From: an uncultured cyanobacterium
GTDB lineage: Bacteria > Cyanobacteriota > Cyanobacteriia > Cyanobacteriales > Cyanobacteriaceae
Reading direction: 5' to 3'
Assembly (NCBI GenBank): GCA_963749915.1
Contig: CAVVOP010000032.1
Coordinates: forward strand, 96,001-160,000
DNA length: 64,000 nucleotides
Position numbers and translations under genes: made by a program. Each line of letters begins with the position of its first letter. Position 1 is the first letter of the stretch. The notes below the pieces were generated by a model. The model did not search any database. It was given only the letters and a program-made list of their open reading frames with translations, and had not been told where the DNA came from. Shown piece after piece: positions 41,025 to 51,264 of this stretch.

Positions 41025-42665
41025 ATGCGTTTGTTACTGAAAAATATAGGACGAGTTCTTTTTAACCAAAAAACTTTGGGGTTAGGAGTTTTCACTGTCT
41101 TGACAGGAGGAATTCTTCTTGTTAGCGATCAATTCAAGTCGGTATCTTCCACAATGGATCACAGTGGACATAATATGTCTCATGATGAAATGATGGCAGT
41201 AGATGGTTCTTTTAATCCCACTCCTGTTACCGTTGAAGTTGTTAAACCTAAATTATTACAAGCTAGTGTACAGTACACAGGAACTATTGAACCCTATCAA
41301 GTGGTTACGGTTTATCCAAGAGTAGCGGGACAATTAACCGATTATTCTATTTATGTGGGCGATCGCATCACAGCAGGTCAAACCATAGCTAATCTGAGTG
41401 CCAATGAATTATTAACCGAAGTCTCCGAAGCTCAAGCGGAAACCGAGACTATGGGAACTGCTTTAGAAGTAAGTCGGATGGAAGTTTTAGAACAGAAAAA
41501 TGCGATTAAACAAATTGAAGCAGATCTAGCTTATTTAGGGAAAAAATTAGACCGATTTGCCCTGTTAGTTGCAGAAGGGGCGATAGCCCAAGATGATTAT
41601 GATCTGGTGGAAAGTGAAGTTCAATCCAAAAAGGCTAATTTGGCGGAAGCCAAGGTTAAACTCTCCCGTTTAGAAGCAAAAGTGGTGAATGATCAAGCTA
41701 AAATTCAACAAGCTCAGACTAAGGTTGCCACAGCTTCAACCATGTCAAATTACACAGAAATTAAATCTCCCATCACTGGTATTGTCCAGGAAAGAATTAT
41801 GGATCCGGGGATGGTAGTACAACCGGGAATGGGAATTTTGCAGATTGGCGATTATAGTCGTATTCGTTTGCAAGCTAATGTAGCTCAACAAGATGCAGTA
41901 AATATTCGTCTGGGTTCTCCCATTACAGCGAAAATTTTCGGTACTGACCTTACCATCAAAGGGCAAGTTAGTAGTATTTTTCCGCAAACCAATAGTGAAA
42001 CTCGTACCGTTACGGTAGAATCAATCGTTAATAATCCTAGTGGAAAGTTACTTTCAGGGCAATTTATTGACATGGAGATTATTACTCAAAGTCAGCCCTA
42101 TGCTATAACAGTACCTCAGTCGGCAGTAATCACCTTTGAAGATAGCCCTGCGGTTTGGGTAGTAGTAGAAGATACTGCCCGTCGGCAGAAAGTAAAGTTA
42201 GGCATGATTAGTGGCAATCGCATTCAAGTCACTCAAGGTTTACAACGGGGAGATGTCGTAATTACTACAGGACATCATAAATTAATTGAAAACTCCTTGG
42301 TGAAAGTAGTCAATGAAGGGCAAGATGATTTAATTTCCCTGAGGACAAAGGAAAATAAAGATAGTGTTGCTATCAAATTGGTTAGCCCGGCAGAAGTAAA
42401 AATTGGGGATGCAGAGTTTATGTTTAAAATTGTCGATAGCAAAACCCAAAAACCCTTAAAGATTGAAAATCTGGACATAAAAGCAACGATGCCAATGAAA
42501 AATATGGCTCCAATGACAGCCAAAGTAGAAGTTAAACCTGAATCAGAAACAGGGCAATTTCTCGCTGAAACCTTTTTAGGTATGAAAGGAAAGTGGATAA
42601 TTTCTGTAGCCATAAAAGATTCTGATTATCAAGGAAAACAAGATTTTGACATCGAAGTTCGTTAA
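41025..42665 (+). CDS. Heavy-metal RND efflux periplasmic adaptor (Synechocystis CopB/CusB-like) with C-terminal YtkA/FixH-like domain
   Basis: MDHSGHNMSHDEMM metal motif, VYPRVAG / IKSPITG hairpin boundaries, C-terminal TMPMKNMAPM...GMKGKW. Confidence 0.9.
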   Translation: MRLLLKNIGRVLFNQKTLGLGVFTVLTGGILLVSDQFKSVSSTMDHSGHNMSHDEMMAVDGSFNPTPVTVEVVKPKLLQASVQYTGTIEPYQVVTVYPRVAGQLTDYSIYVGDRITAGQTIANLSANELLTEVSEAQAETETMGTALEVSRMEVLEQKNAIKQIEADLAYLGKKLDRFALLVAEGAIAQDDYDLVESEVQSKKANLAEAKVKLSRLEAKVVNDQAKIQQAQTKVATASTMSNYTEIKSPITGIVQERIMDPGMVVQPGMGILQIGDYSRIRLQANVAQQDAVNIRLGSPITAKIFGTDLTIKGQVSSIFPQTNSETRTVTVESIVNNPSGKLLSGQFIDMEIITQSQPYAITVPQSAVITFEDSPAVWVVVEDTARRQKVKLGMISGNRIQVTQGLQRGDVVITTGHHKLIENSLVKVVNEGQDDLISLRTKENKDSVAIKLVSPAEVKIGDAEFMFKIVDSKTQKPLKIENLDIKATMPMKNMAPMTAKVEVKPESETGQFLAETFLGMKGKWIISVAIKDSDYQGKQDFDIEVR

Positions 42666-42707
42666 GTTGAAATAATTGTCAATTGTAATTATTAAAAATA
42701 GTAAATT

Positions 42708-43136
42708 ATGAAAAAATTAATTAGTTTAATCCTACCCCTCAGTTTATTAATGTTCGCTTGCAGTTCACCTTCTAACCAAGCTGAAACCCAGTCACAAGTC
42801 ACCTCTGAAGTTGAAACAACAGAAGAAAAAACTGTCAAAGTTGCTTTAGTCAGTCCTCAAGGAGAAATTCCCATGGGAGATGTGGAATTAATTTTAGAAG
42901 TTCAAGATAGCACTTCAGGAGAAGTTATCGCTGTGGAAAATATTGAGGTGAGTTCAACTATGCCGATGGAAGGAGAAGATGATATGATTTCCAAGGTTGA
43001 AATAGAACCCGCTGACAATCCTGGACAATTTAAAATCAAGACTAATTTTGGCATGGCAGGCACTTGGTACTTAGACAGTAAGATTCAAGATCCCCAATAT
43101 CAAGGAGAAAGCAAAATCACTTTAGAAGTTAAGTAA
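42708..43136 (+). CDS. YtkA/FixH-like lipoprotein (Synechocystis CopC-like)
   Basis: Lipobox MFAC, TMPM...FGMAGTW; similar to the adaptor's C-terminal domain. Confidence 0.85.
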   Translation: MKKLISLILPLSLLMFACSSPSNQAETQSQVTSEVETTEEKTVKVALVSPQGEIPMGDVELILEVQDSTSGEVIAVENIEVSSTMPMEGEDDMISKVEIEPADNPGQFKIKTNFGMAGTWYLDSKIQDPQYQGESKITLEVK

Positions 43137-43404
43137 GTTTAGCATCGCCTATCTCTAAGTTTTTGATTGTTTCAATAAATACGTTAAAACTATGAGATTT
43201 ATTCTTATTTATATCTAAGTTTTTTCCAATTTTACCTGCTTTACTATTTGGTTGATAAGTGGGTACAATTTTCTTTAATTCTTGCTTAGCAGAATTTAGC
43301 TGATCTGGATTTCTGTACTTTTGCTTAGTTTGTAATTTACTCAATTTATTTTGTTTTAAACCTGGAGCTATTTCTACTAAAATAAGGTAATATTGATAAC
43401 TCAT
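43129..43404 (-). pseudogene. Shortened DUF4276-like partner of the ATPase
   Basis: ATG 1 nt after the ATPase stop; keeps C-terminal KYRNPD...NKSHSF but is only 91 aa, with no recognisable acidic catalytic core. Confidence 0.65.
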
Positions 43405-43405
43405 T

Positions 43406-44602
43406 TTAAGGATTAACCCCTCCAAAAAGCCCCTGTTTCCATAAAGCCCCCGGTAAATCACCTTCTTGATATAATTTCTTCAGAATCTCGTTGTCATTGG
43501 CTCTATAAATATTAGTAATACCCTCTTTTTTTTCTAGCCAAAATATATTTTCTAAATCAACGCCATTGAGAAAATCAGGAGAATGAGTAGAAACTAGAAC
43601 CTGTCCACCTAACTCATTATTTTGTAAAGAATAGGCTTTAAATTCCTCTGCTAATTCCATCAAAAGTGAAGGATAAAGTTGATTTTCTGGTTCTTCTATA
43701 CACAATAAAGGATGAGGTTTAGGATCATATAATAAAACTAAATAAGCAAACATTTTTATTGTTCCATCAGAAACATATCTGGCAATAAAAGGGTCTTTAA
43801 AAGCCTCATCTTGAAATTTTAAAATAAGTCTTCCATCTTCGGTAGTCTTTGCTTCTACTTGAGAAATACCCGGCACTCTTTGCTTCATAATTTCTAATAT
43901 TTTTTGAAAAATATCAGAATAATTCTCAGAGATATATTGGGCAACTAATGGTAAATTATCTCCCGTTGTTGATAAATGTTCTGCATATCCTACATCTTTA
44001 CTTCCTCTCGCCGCATTAATATGGAAATCAGAAACGTGCCAATTTTCTATTAACAGTCGAAAAGCACTCGCTGCTTTAAATCGCTGAAATTGTCCTAATC
44101 CTTTGATTGCGAGAATATCTGCACTATCTAAAGTTTGCTCTTCTCTTTTTAGTTCTTCATTGGCTTTGTCGAAATCTTCCTCATTAATAATCGCATAACC
44201 TTGACCATTACTAAACTCTAAAAAATGAAAAGGTTTACCACGATTACCCCTTCTATAACGTAAAATTTCCTTTTTAATTATAGGTGAAAATTTGTCTTGA
44301 CTAATAACCAATATATAAGTAACCGTTCTTTCTTTTTCTAAAATCTTTATTTTGAATTTAATCTCAAATTCTATATCTTCGTTTTCATGTCCTCTAGTAA
44401 TAACTTCTTGAAAACCACCTCTAATTTGTAATGCCTGACGGATATTATTTTTTAAAGCATCTCTTAAGAAACCAAAAACATCAAATAAATTACTCTTTCC
44501 TGTACCATTCGCCCCGACAAAAACACAAAAAGCAGGTAAGTTTTTAAGTTCTATATTCTGTAAACTTCGATAATTTTTAATCTTAATTCCAATAATTTGC
44601 AT
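43406..44602 (-). CDS. ABC-type (AAA_21/AAA_15-like) ATPase of toxin/defence cassettes
   Basis: IKNYRSL, GANGTGKS, SDGT signature, LLCIEEPEN, STHSP. Confidence 0.92.
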   Translation of the reverse strand: MQIIGIKIKNYRSLQNIELKNLPAFCVFVGANGTGKSNLFDVFGFLRDALKNNIRQALQIRGGFQEVITRGHENEDIEFEIKFKIKILEKERTVTYILVISQDKFSPIIKKEILRYRRGNRGKPFHFLEFSNGQGYAIINEEDFDKANEELKREEQTLDSADILAIKGLGQFQRFKAASAFRLLIENWHVSDFHINAARGSKDVGYAEHLSTTGDNLPLVAQYISENYSDIFQKILEIMKQRVPGISQVEAKTTEDGRLILKFQDEAFKDPFIARYVSDGTIKMFAYLVLLYDPKPHPLLCIEEPENQLYPSLLMELAEEFKAYSLQNNELGGQVLVSTHSPDFLNGVDLENIFWLEKKEGITNIYRANDNEILKKLYQEGDLPGALWKQGLFGGVNP

Positions 44603-44637
44603 TTTTATTTAATGAGAATTATGTTTATTATCTATCT

Positions 44638-44762
44638 TAAGGAGACCTCGAAAAAGAGGTTAGTCCTTAAAAATTGCTCGCTAAAACCTTTAAAATATCC
44701 TTGATTATTCTCAATAATACTGCTTCATTCTAAATAATATTGAATTAATCGAGGTGCCCTTA
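44638..44762. mobile_element. ~125-bp MITE-like element
   Basis: Terminal inverted repeats TAAGGAGACCTCGA / TCGAGGTGCCCTTA (12 of 14 match). Confidence 0.6.
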
Positions 44763-44864
44763 AATCTAACAACTGTGATTATTATCTCAAAAGTAAGCTA
44801 TTTGTTACAAGACAGAGGAAAAGCTGAACCAAGAAATAATACATAAAAAAATTTTTTATTGTCG

Positions 44865-44881
44865 TTTCATCCTAATTTCAT
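44865..44881 (+). promoter_or_regulatory. CopR box TTTCAT-N5-TTTCAT
   Basis: TTTCATCCTAATTTCAT upstream of the RND permease. Confidence 0.85.
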
Positions 44882-44938
44882 ATTCATGTGTCACCCTAAT
44901 GATTTAGCACCCAATCTTATTTTAATATCTGTTTATCG

Positions 44939-47900
44939 ATGAAAACTTTTCTTACTTGGTGGTCAATTAAAAATCCCGTTGTCACGATCGCCTTGTATCT
45001 TGGAGTAGTGGTACTTTCTCTACTAACCCTCATTCTCATTCCCGTGAGAATGATGCCCTATGTACAGAGTCCCTTAGTAGCAGTAATTACTATGGCTCCA
45101 GGGCAGTCTCCCACTGAGGTGGAAACCGATATTAGTAAACCTATTGAACAAAGATTGACGGTGCTTGATGGAGTGCGATTTATTAGATCGAGTTCTCAAC
45201 AGGATATGTCTTTGGTGACAGTGCAATTTGCTTGGGGCGGAAATATTGATAACGCCGTCCAGGAAGTACAAAGCGTAATGAAGGCAGCGGAAGGAGATTT
45301 ACCCCTAGACGGTATTAATACTCGTTCTTACTGGGTTTTGCCCATCGATCCTTTAAATCGACCTGTGTTAACCCTTGCCCTGACAGGAGAAGGCTGGGAA
45401 CATTTGCAGTTAAGGGAATTTGCGGATAATACTTTAGTCGATCGCTTAACGCAAGTTACAGATGTACAATCAGTGTCAATCTTTGGGGGCTATCGGCGAC
45501 AATTACAAGTGATTGTCGAGCGTCAAAAACTAGCTGCTTACGGACTTTCTATTTTAGATGTCCGAGATGCCATCGATAAAAATAATGTGAGTCAGGGAGC
45601 AGGAATACTAACCCAAGGAGAGAGGGAAATTTTAGTCAGAACAGATGATCGTGCTTTAAACCCTCAAATGGTGCTCGATTATCCCCTTTATGAGATGGAT
45701 GGTAGAATTGTCTATGTTCGTGATGTGGCTCAAGTCAAGGATACTTATGAAGAGAGACGGAGTAGCTACCGTTATAATGGACAGTCGGCACTAGCTGTTA
45801 ATATTATTCAAAAACCCGATTCTAGTTCCCCGCAAGTCATTGAACAGGTACGCCAAGAATTAGAGAAAATTAAAGCCCAATATCCTGGTCTGGAATTCCA
45901 AGAAGCTTACGATAATGCTTTCTTAGTGGAATTAATTAAGGATAGTACCACAGGAGAACTGTTAATCAGTGTGATTTTGGCGGGAATCGTCATCCTCGTT
46001 TTTTTAGAGGATTTTCGTGCCACAGCCATTGTGATGATCTCTATTCCCATGTCTTTGGCTTTATCGCTCTTGCCCTTTATCCCCATTTCCATGTCCTTAA
46101 ATTCTTCCACCTTAGTGGGGATGATGATGGCCATTGGGAAGTTAGTGGATGATTCAATTATTGTGATTGATTCCATTGATCGGCAATTAAAAGCAGGAAA
46201 GACACCCCGACAAGCAGCGATACAAGGTACAGGGGAAGTATTTTTAGCCAGTGCCGCCGCCAGTTGTGTCATGATTGCTGCCTTATTACCCACAATTTTA
46301 GCCGGAGGATTAACGGGGTTAATGTTTGTGGGCTTAGTCTATCCGATGGTATTTGCTTTTGTTGCTTCCCTTTTAGTTTCAATTACTCTCATTCCCCTGT
46401 TAGCTGCCTTTTTTCTCCAGCCGATTGGTACAACTAAAGGGAAACGTAAAACTTGGTTACAATGGTTGCTCAGTCCCTTTCATTATGGTTTTATCGCCTT
46501 AGAAAAGGGCTATGGTTGGTTATTAGATGTTAGTTTAAAAAATCGAGAAATTACCCTCGCTATAGCGGGAGCATCGATTGTTTTAGCTTTTGCTTTATAT
46601 CCCTTTATTCCCCAGGAAATGATGCCTTTGGGAGATTCGGGACAGTTTATGGCTACCTTGGAATTAGAACCGGGAGCATCCTTTGAACGCACCGATAAAG
46701 CTTCTGCCCAATTTGAGCAGATTTTGTGGGCACAGCCTGAAATTGAAAAGGTATCCGCCGAAATTGGTTTTGAGTTCACCCGCAACAGTACTTATTTTAG
46801 TGCTTACAGTATGGGTGGAGTTAATAGTTCCTCGATGATGGTGACTCTTAAACCTTTAGGAGAGCGTCAACGAGATATTTGGCAAATAATGGATGGTGTG
46901 GAAACCGAAGCCAAGCGGACAATTCCCGGGTTAAGACGGATTGCCATGAAAGAAATGGGGGTAGATGTGATGGCTACTTCCGCCGCTCCCATTCAGCTGG
47001 CAGTTTATGGTGAAGATTTAGGAGTTTTACATGGTTTAGCGAATCAAGTCTTAGGAATTGCCGAAAAGAATCCCGATTTATATCTGACTCATACTAGCTC
47101 TAGTTTGACTCAACCCGAATATCAATTGAAAATAGATCGCCGTCGAGCACAGGAATTAGGATTAACAGTTGAACAAATAACACAACAAGCAAAATACGCT
47201 CTTAGTGGCGGATTTACCCGTAAATTTTACAATCGTCCTAATTTACGACCAAACACTATCTTAGTACGTTATGACCAGAGCGATCGAGGCAATTTTCAAG
47301 ATTTAGCCTCAACCTACATTACCACAACCAGTGGCCAACAAGTTCCTTTAGCAATGGTAGCTAGTTTAGAATCCTCTAGGGGACCAACAATTATTGAAAG
47401 GGTCAATGGGCGCAGAGTCGTCTATGTGAATGGTTTTTATCGAAAAAGTAATCCTGCTTCCATGAATTTGTCCATGGCGATTGCGATGGAAGCGGGAGTA
47501 AAATTAGAGTTTCCCCCTGGTTACGGATTGGATTCCATGGGCGATATGACAGACATGATGATTGAATTCGATCGCCTTCTCAAAGGTTTAATCGTCTCTC
47601 TGGTATTGATTTATTTGATTTTAGTAATTCAATTTGGTTCTTTTATTCAACCGCTAGTGATGATGTTATCAATTCCTTTAGAATTAGTGGGGGTATTTGG
47701 AGGGTTGTTATTAGCCAAACAAACCTTATCCACTGTATCTATTTTAGGAATTATCATCCTCTCAGGAATTGCCGTTTCTTCAGCGATTCTATTGTTAGAA
47801 TTGATTTTAACTAAACGTCAACAAGGTGTCCCCAGAACTCAAGCTATCCGAGAAGCTGGACCTGTTCGTTTAAAAGCAATTTTTATGACGACTTTAACTA

Positions 47901-48136
47901 CAATGATTGTAGTAGTTAGACTAGCTTTTTATCCGGAAACAGGAATGGATGCTTATTCACCTATTGCTACAGTAATTTTAGGTGGCTTAACCGTGTCAAC
48001 TTTATTAACTTTAATTGTCATTCCTGTAGTTTATACTTTTGTCGATGACATTATGACAGGATTAAAAAAATTAGGGAAACCATCAAGATATAAAGGCAAG
48101 CAGATTTTTGAACATCCCTATAGTAGTAAAAAATAA
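44939..48136 (+). CDS. RND efflux permease (CusA / Synechocystis CopA-like)
   Basis: 1065 aa with two large periplasmic loops, GKLVDDSI, VRLKAIFMT, Met-rich; copper-gene context. Confidence 0.93.
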   Translation: MKTFLTWWSIKNPVVTIALYLGVVVLSLLTLILIPVRMMPYVQSPLVAVITMAPGQSPTEVETDISKPIEQRLTVLDGVRFIRSSSQQDMSLVTVQFAWGGNIDNAVQEVQSVMKAAEGDLPLDGINTRSYWVLPIDPLNRPVLTLALTGEGWEHLQLREFADNTLVDRLTQVTDVQSVSIFGGYRRQLQVIVERQKLAAYGLSILDVRDAIDKNNVSQGAGILTQGEREILVRTDDRALNPQMVLDYPLYEMDGRIVYVRDVAQVKDTYEERRSSYRYNGQSALAVNIIQKPDSSSPQVIEQVRQELEKIKAQYPGLEFQEAYDNAFLVELIKDSTTGELLISVILAGIVILVFLEDFRATAIVMISIPMSLALSLLPFIPISMSLNSSTLVGMMMAIGKLVDDSIIVIDSIDRQLKAGKTPRQAAIQGTGEVFLASAAASCVMIAALLPTILAGGLTGLMFVGLVYPMVFAFVASLLVSITLIPLLAAFFLQPIGTTKGKRKTWLQWLLSPFHYGFIALEKGYGWLLDVSLKNREITLAIAGASIVLAFALYPFIPQEMMPLGDSGQFMATLELEPGASFERTDKASAQFEQILWAQPEIEKVSAEIGFEFTRNSTYFSAYSMGGVNSSSMMVTLKPLGERQRDIWQIMDGVETEAKRTIPGLRRIAMKEMGVDVMATSAAPIQLAVYGEDLGVLHGLANQVLGIAEKNPDLYLTHTSSSLTQPEYQLKIDRRRAQELGLTVEQITQQAKYALSGGFTRKFYNRPNLRPNTILVRYDQSDRGNFQDLASTYITTTSGQQVPLAMVASLESSRGPTIIERVNGRRVVYVNGFYRKSNPASMNLSMAIAMEAGVKLEFPPGYGLDSMGDMTDMMIEFDRLLKGLIVSLVLIYLILVIQFGSFIQPLVMMLSIPLELVGVFGGLLLAKQTLSTVSILGIIILSGIAVSSAILLLELILTKRQQGVPRTQAIREAGPVRLKAIFMTTLTTMIVVVRLAFYPETGMDAYSPIATVILGGLTVSTLLTLIVIPVVYTFVDDIMTGLKKLGKPSRYKGKQIFEHPYSSKK

Positions 48137-48236
48137 GCTCAAATTTGCTTAAGATAAATTTTTTGACCGTGCCCCAGATGTAATACCAATTCGCGTTCAT
48201 AAATGTAACTTTGAAACTAACAGACGAAAGTTACTT

Positions 48237-48656
48237 TTAAATCTCATTTTGCAGTGCGGCTTTTGTGATTTCAATCTCGCACTTTAAAACCATACTGCCA
48301 TAACCAGTTCCTTGAAAAGCTATTGAATTGATGTAAAGACAATAAGCACGACGTGCCTTTTGAAAATCTATCAATTGGCTAACATTACTACGATTAAGAC
48401 CTTCTCGTTCTAAGTGTTCCATCCACAAGTCTCTAAACTCTTGAGAAGGTACATCTGCTGCAGTTGCAGGAACGCGATGAAGTAGTGTTTTAAGTTGATC
48501 ATCAAATTTTTTTAACTCATTTTGGTAACATTCATAGGTCTTCCCTGTTGAACCAGCATCTTCACAGCGAACTGATGATGAAACTGGATTAGCCAAGATG
48601 GGGAGACTAGTCCAAGTAACAAATGCAATAAGAGATAGAAGAGGTGAAAATTTCAT
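48237..48656 (-). CDS. Exported LprI/DUF1311-like protein
   Basis: Signal peptide MKFSPLLSLIAF..., C..GST....C, RRAYC, GTGYG...C; start moved from 48782. Confidence 0.65.
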   Translation of the reverse strand: MKFSPLLSLIAFVTWTSLPILANPVSSSVRCEDAGSTGKTYECYQNELKKFDDQLKTLLHRVPATAADVPSQEFRDLWMEHLEREGLNRSNVSQLIDFQKARRAYCLYINSIAFQGTGYGSMVLKCEIEITKAALQNEI

Positions 48657-49056
48657 TATCATTGGAAACTTAGTTAAGCCAGAAAATAATACCTTTTCAT
48701 TATACTGCAAACGGTTTAAAACTGGAGTTTTTAAGATCCCTTCAGATACTTCCGATTTTTTTGTTGTTTGGGTCGCACTCACTAGTCATATTTCTCCTGC
48801 TAAATCTCTGAGTAGGAGAGGAATTTTTTCTCAGATTGGCAAGAAGTATGAGTTCGACCAATAGCTAGACTAATTTTTAATTTAACATTGTCAAGATACA
48901 ATAACGAGAAATATTTACCCTGGCGATTAATGATACAAATGCATTATCTGCATAACACATTTGTTAACAGTATTCTTAACTCATCGTTCGCTTAAATAAA
49001 ATCAGATAACTGACAAAAAAAGGTTAAAATCTGGACTGGATAAAGCATTAAGCAAC

Positions 49057-49981
49057 ATGGAGTCAAAAGATTATTCCACAAATCCAGTCAGAACGAGTAG
49101 ATGATTTACCATTAATTATCTATTGGCTAACACAAATGAATATTGCCGCAATCATCGATGAAAATTTATTGACACCTCATGGTAATCGCAAAGGATTAAG
49201 TTATGGTCAACTAGCTGTATTATTACTCACGTATATTATCAGTGAAGCAGACCATCGCCTTTGTTGTCTAGAAAAATGGGTTAATGACCATCATCACAGT
49301 CTTTCAGCAATAACAGGATGGAAGATAGGGAAAAAGGATGCTACAGATGATCGTTTGGGTACATTAGATCCCTGTGGAATGCCATTAGTGGGTGCGACTT
49401 TAGCTGGTAATGGCACAGACGAGGCTGATTATGTTTCCACTTGGAGACAAATGAAGGAAATTATCGGTAATCCAGATTTCTTATATTTAGCTGATTCCAA
49501 AGCATCAACATGGCACAATCGGGCAAAAATCAATGAAGAGGGAGGAATCTATTGTTTCCCGTTGGCAATGAGTCAACCACGTCCAAAACTACTGTCAGAT
49601 TGGGTAAATAATCCAGTTACAGAAATAATTAAATTTTGGCAACAAGAGGAGAAAGAATCAGAACCAAAAGAAATAGGACTTGGTTTTGAAGTACCCCTTG
49701 GGAGTATATGGGTGGAACCAGAAACGAAAAAAAGCCATCAATGGGAAGAAAGATGGTTAGTAGTAAAATCAAATGCCTTAGCATCTCGTCAAATTAAGGG
49801 TTTACACAGTCGTTTACTCAAAGGGGAAAAAGCTTTAGCTACCTTAGCACAGCGACCTGGAAATGAGGAGCAAGTATTATGTAGGAAAGTAGAAGAGATA
49901 CTAAAAAGCAATCGGATCTCAAAATACATTGAATATTCAATCGAAAAAAAGATGAGTTTGGCTAAAATCCTTATCTATTAA
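49057..49981 (+). pseudogene. IS1634-family transposase, internally deleted and truncated
   Basis: ERVDDLPL...PHGNRKGLSYG...ATDDRLG joined directly to TLDPCGMPL...YLADSK; C-terminus missing. Confidence 0.85.
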
Positions 49982-50114
49982 ACATTTGAAGTTATTTTTC
50001 AAATTTTTACTTTTTCAAATAAGCGAACAATGAGTCTAAACATATCTCTCACACTCATTGCAGCTTCAGGAGCGATGCCAGAGAGTTTGTCCAATACTTG
50101 ATTTTTATTAACAT

Positions 50115-50171
50115 GGTGCGTTCCTGGAAATTTATCGGTGGAGTAGTAGGAGTTGCATTGGGGAACGCACC
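50115..50171. repeat. REP-like palindrome
   Basis: GGTGCGTTCC / GGAACGCACC perfect 10-bp inverted repeat. Confidence 0.55.
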
Positions 50172-50190
50172 CTATAGCGATGGCGATCGC

Positions 50191-50835
50191 ACTGAAATCG
50201 TCGGTAATCCCCTATCCTGAAACTTTTTAACTTTGTCATTTATGTATTCAAACTGGGCATTTCTGTGGGGATGATTTCCTCCCTCTTGAGTTTTTCTATT
50301 TGATTGCAAACTATACCCTAACTCCCATAATAAATCACAGATTTTTCGTTGGCTGATCTCATAGCCCTTGGACATCAATTCATCCCTTAACTTATATGTA
50401 CTTTTGCAAGTCCACCGAAGTGGCGACTCTGGATCACCTCTGGTTAATGGCTCAATCAAACTTTCCAAATCTGCTAATATATTTGGGGCTTTCTCCGTTA
50501 TCTTTTGACGTCCGCCCCCTTTCTTTCTAATCTGTTTTTTATCTAATTTTTCTTCGTTTTCTAGCTCTTTTAATCCTGCATAAATTGTGGGTCGGGAAAT
50601 ATTCGTCGCTTTATGTACAACCATAACACCTCCTTTTCCATAAATTCTATTATAAGCCTTAGCTCTTGCCGCACACCATAAACGAATTCTGCGTTCGTCT
50701 AGTGAATATGAAATATCATTAAATTCATCTTTGAGTGCGTTTATTATATTTGGCGATTTTTTTATGATGATTTTCATTCTATATTAGTACCAGAAATCCT
50801 TTCATCTGTAAAATTTATTTATTCTTAATGCCTTA
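50191..50835 (-). mobile_element. ISAzo13-family element, 5' half with truncated transposase (ORF 50172-50777)
   Basis: LDERRIRLWCA, TRGDPESPLRWTCKS, YSLQSNRKTQEG, breaks at PTISV; putative terminus TAAGGCATTAAGAATAAATAA at 50835. Confidence 0.88.
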
Positions 50836-50849
50836 AACATTGTCATTGG

Positions 50850-51143
50850 ATGAGCAAAGCTTTAGAAATTGCCGAAGAAGCCGGTAAAGTAGGAGATGTA
50901 ACCGTAGGAGCGATTATAACTGATCAAATGTGTAGGGGGGCAATAATTCAAGCTAGAATTGGTTTATTGGTATATGGGGCAGATGATCCTAAAACTGGGA
51001 CGATCCGTACGGTGGCTAATTTACCTGATAGTGCTTGTTCTAATCATCGCCTTGAGGTAATTGCTGGAATTAGGGAATCTGCTTGTAGAGAGCAATTACA
51101 GTCTTGGTTTCAAAACAAAAGACAAGCAGACCAATTATCGTAA
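50850..51143 (+). pseudogene. tadA: tRNA adenosine deaminase (TadA) with internal deletion
   Basis: WMSKAL...VGAII joined to MCRGAIIQARI..LVYGADDPK; the HAE segment and PC of PCxxC are absent. Confidence 0.85.
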
Positions 51144-51173
51144 TTAAAGTGATAAAGACTAAGTAATTTATAA

Positions 51174-51190
51174 TTTCATCCTAATTTCAT
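51174..51190 (+). promoter_or_regulatory. CopR box TTTCAT-N5-TTTCAT
   Basis: TTTCATCCTAATTTCAT upstream of the multicopper oxidase. Confidence 0.85.
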
Positions 51191-51264
51191 TTTCTTTAGT
51201 TATTCTGATAACATCTTAAATTTATAGGAATGTAAAAACAAATCTTCTTTGTTCAATTTTGATT

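Noticed and set aside
48598..48864. 88-aa plus-strand ORF as a transposase fragment
   Set aside because: Could not assign any motif with confidence
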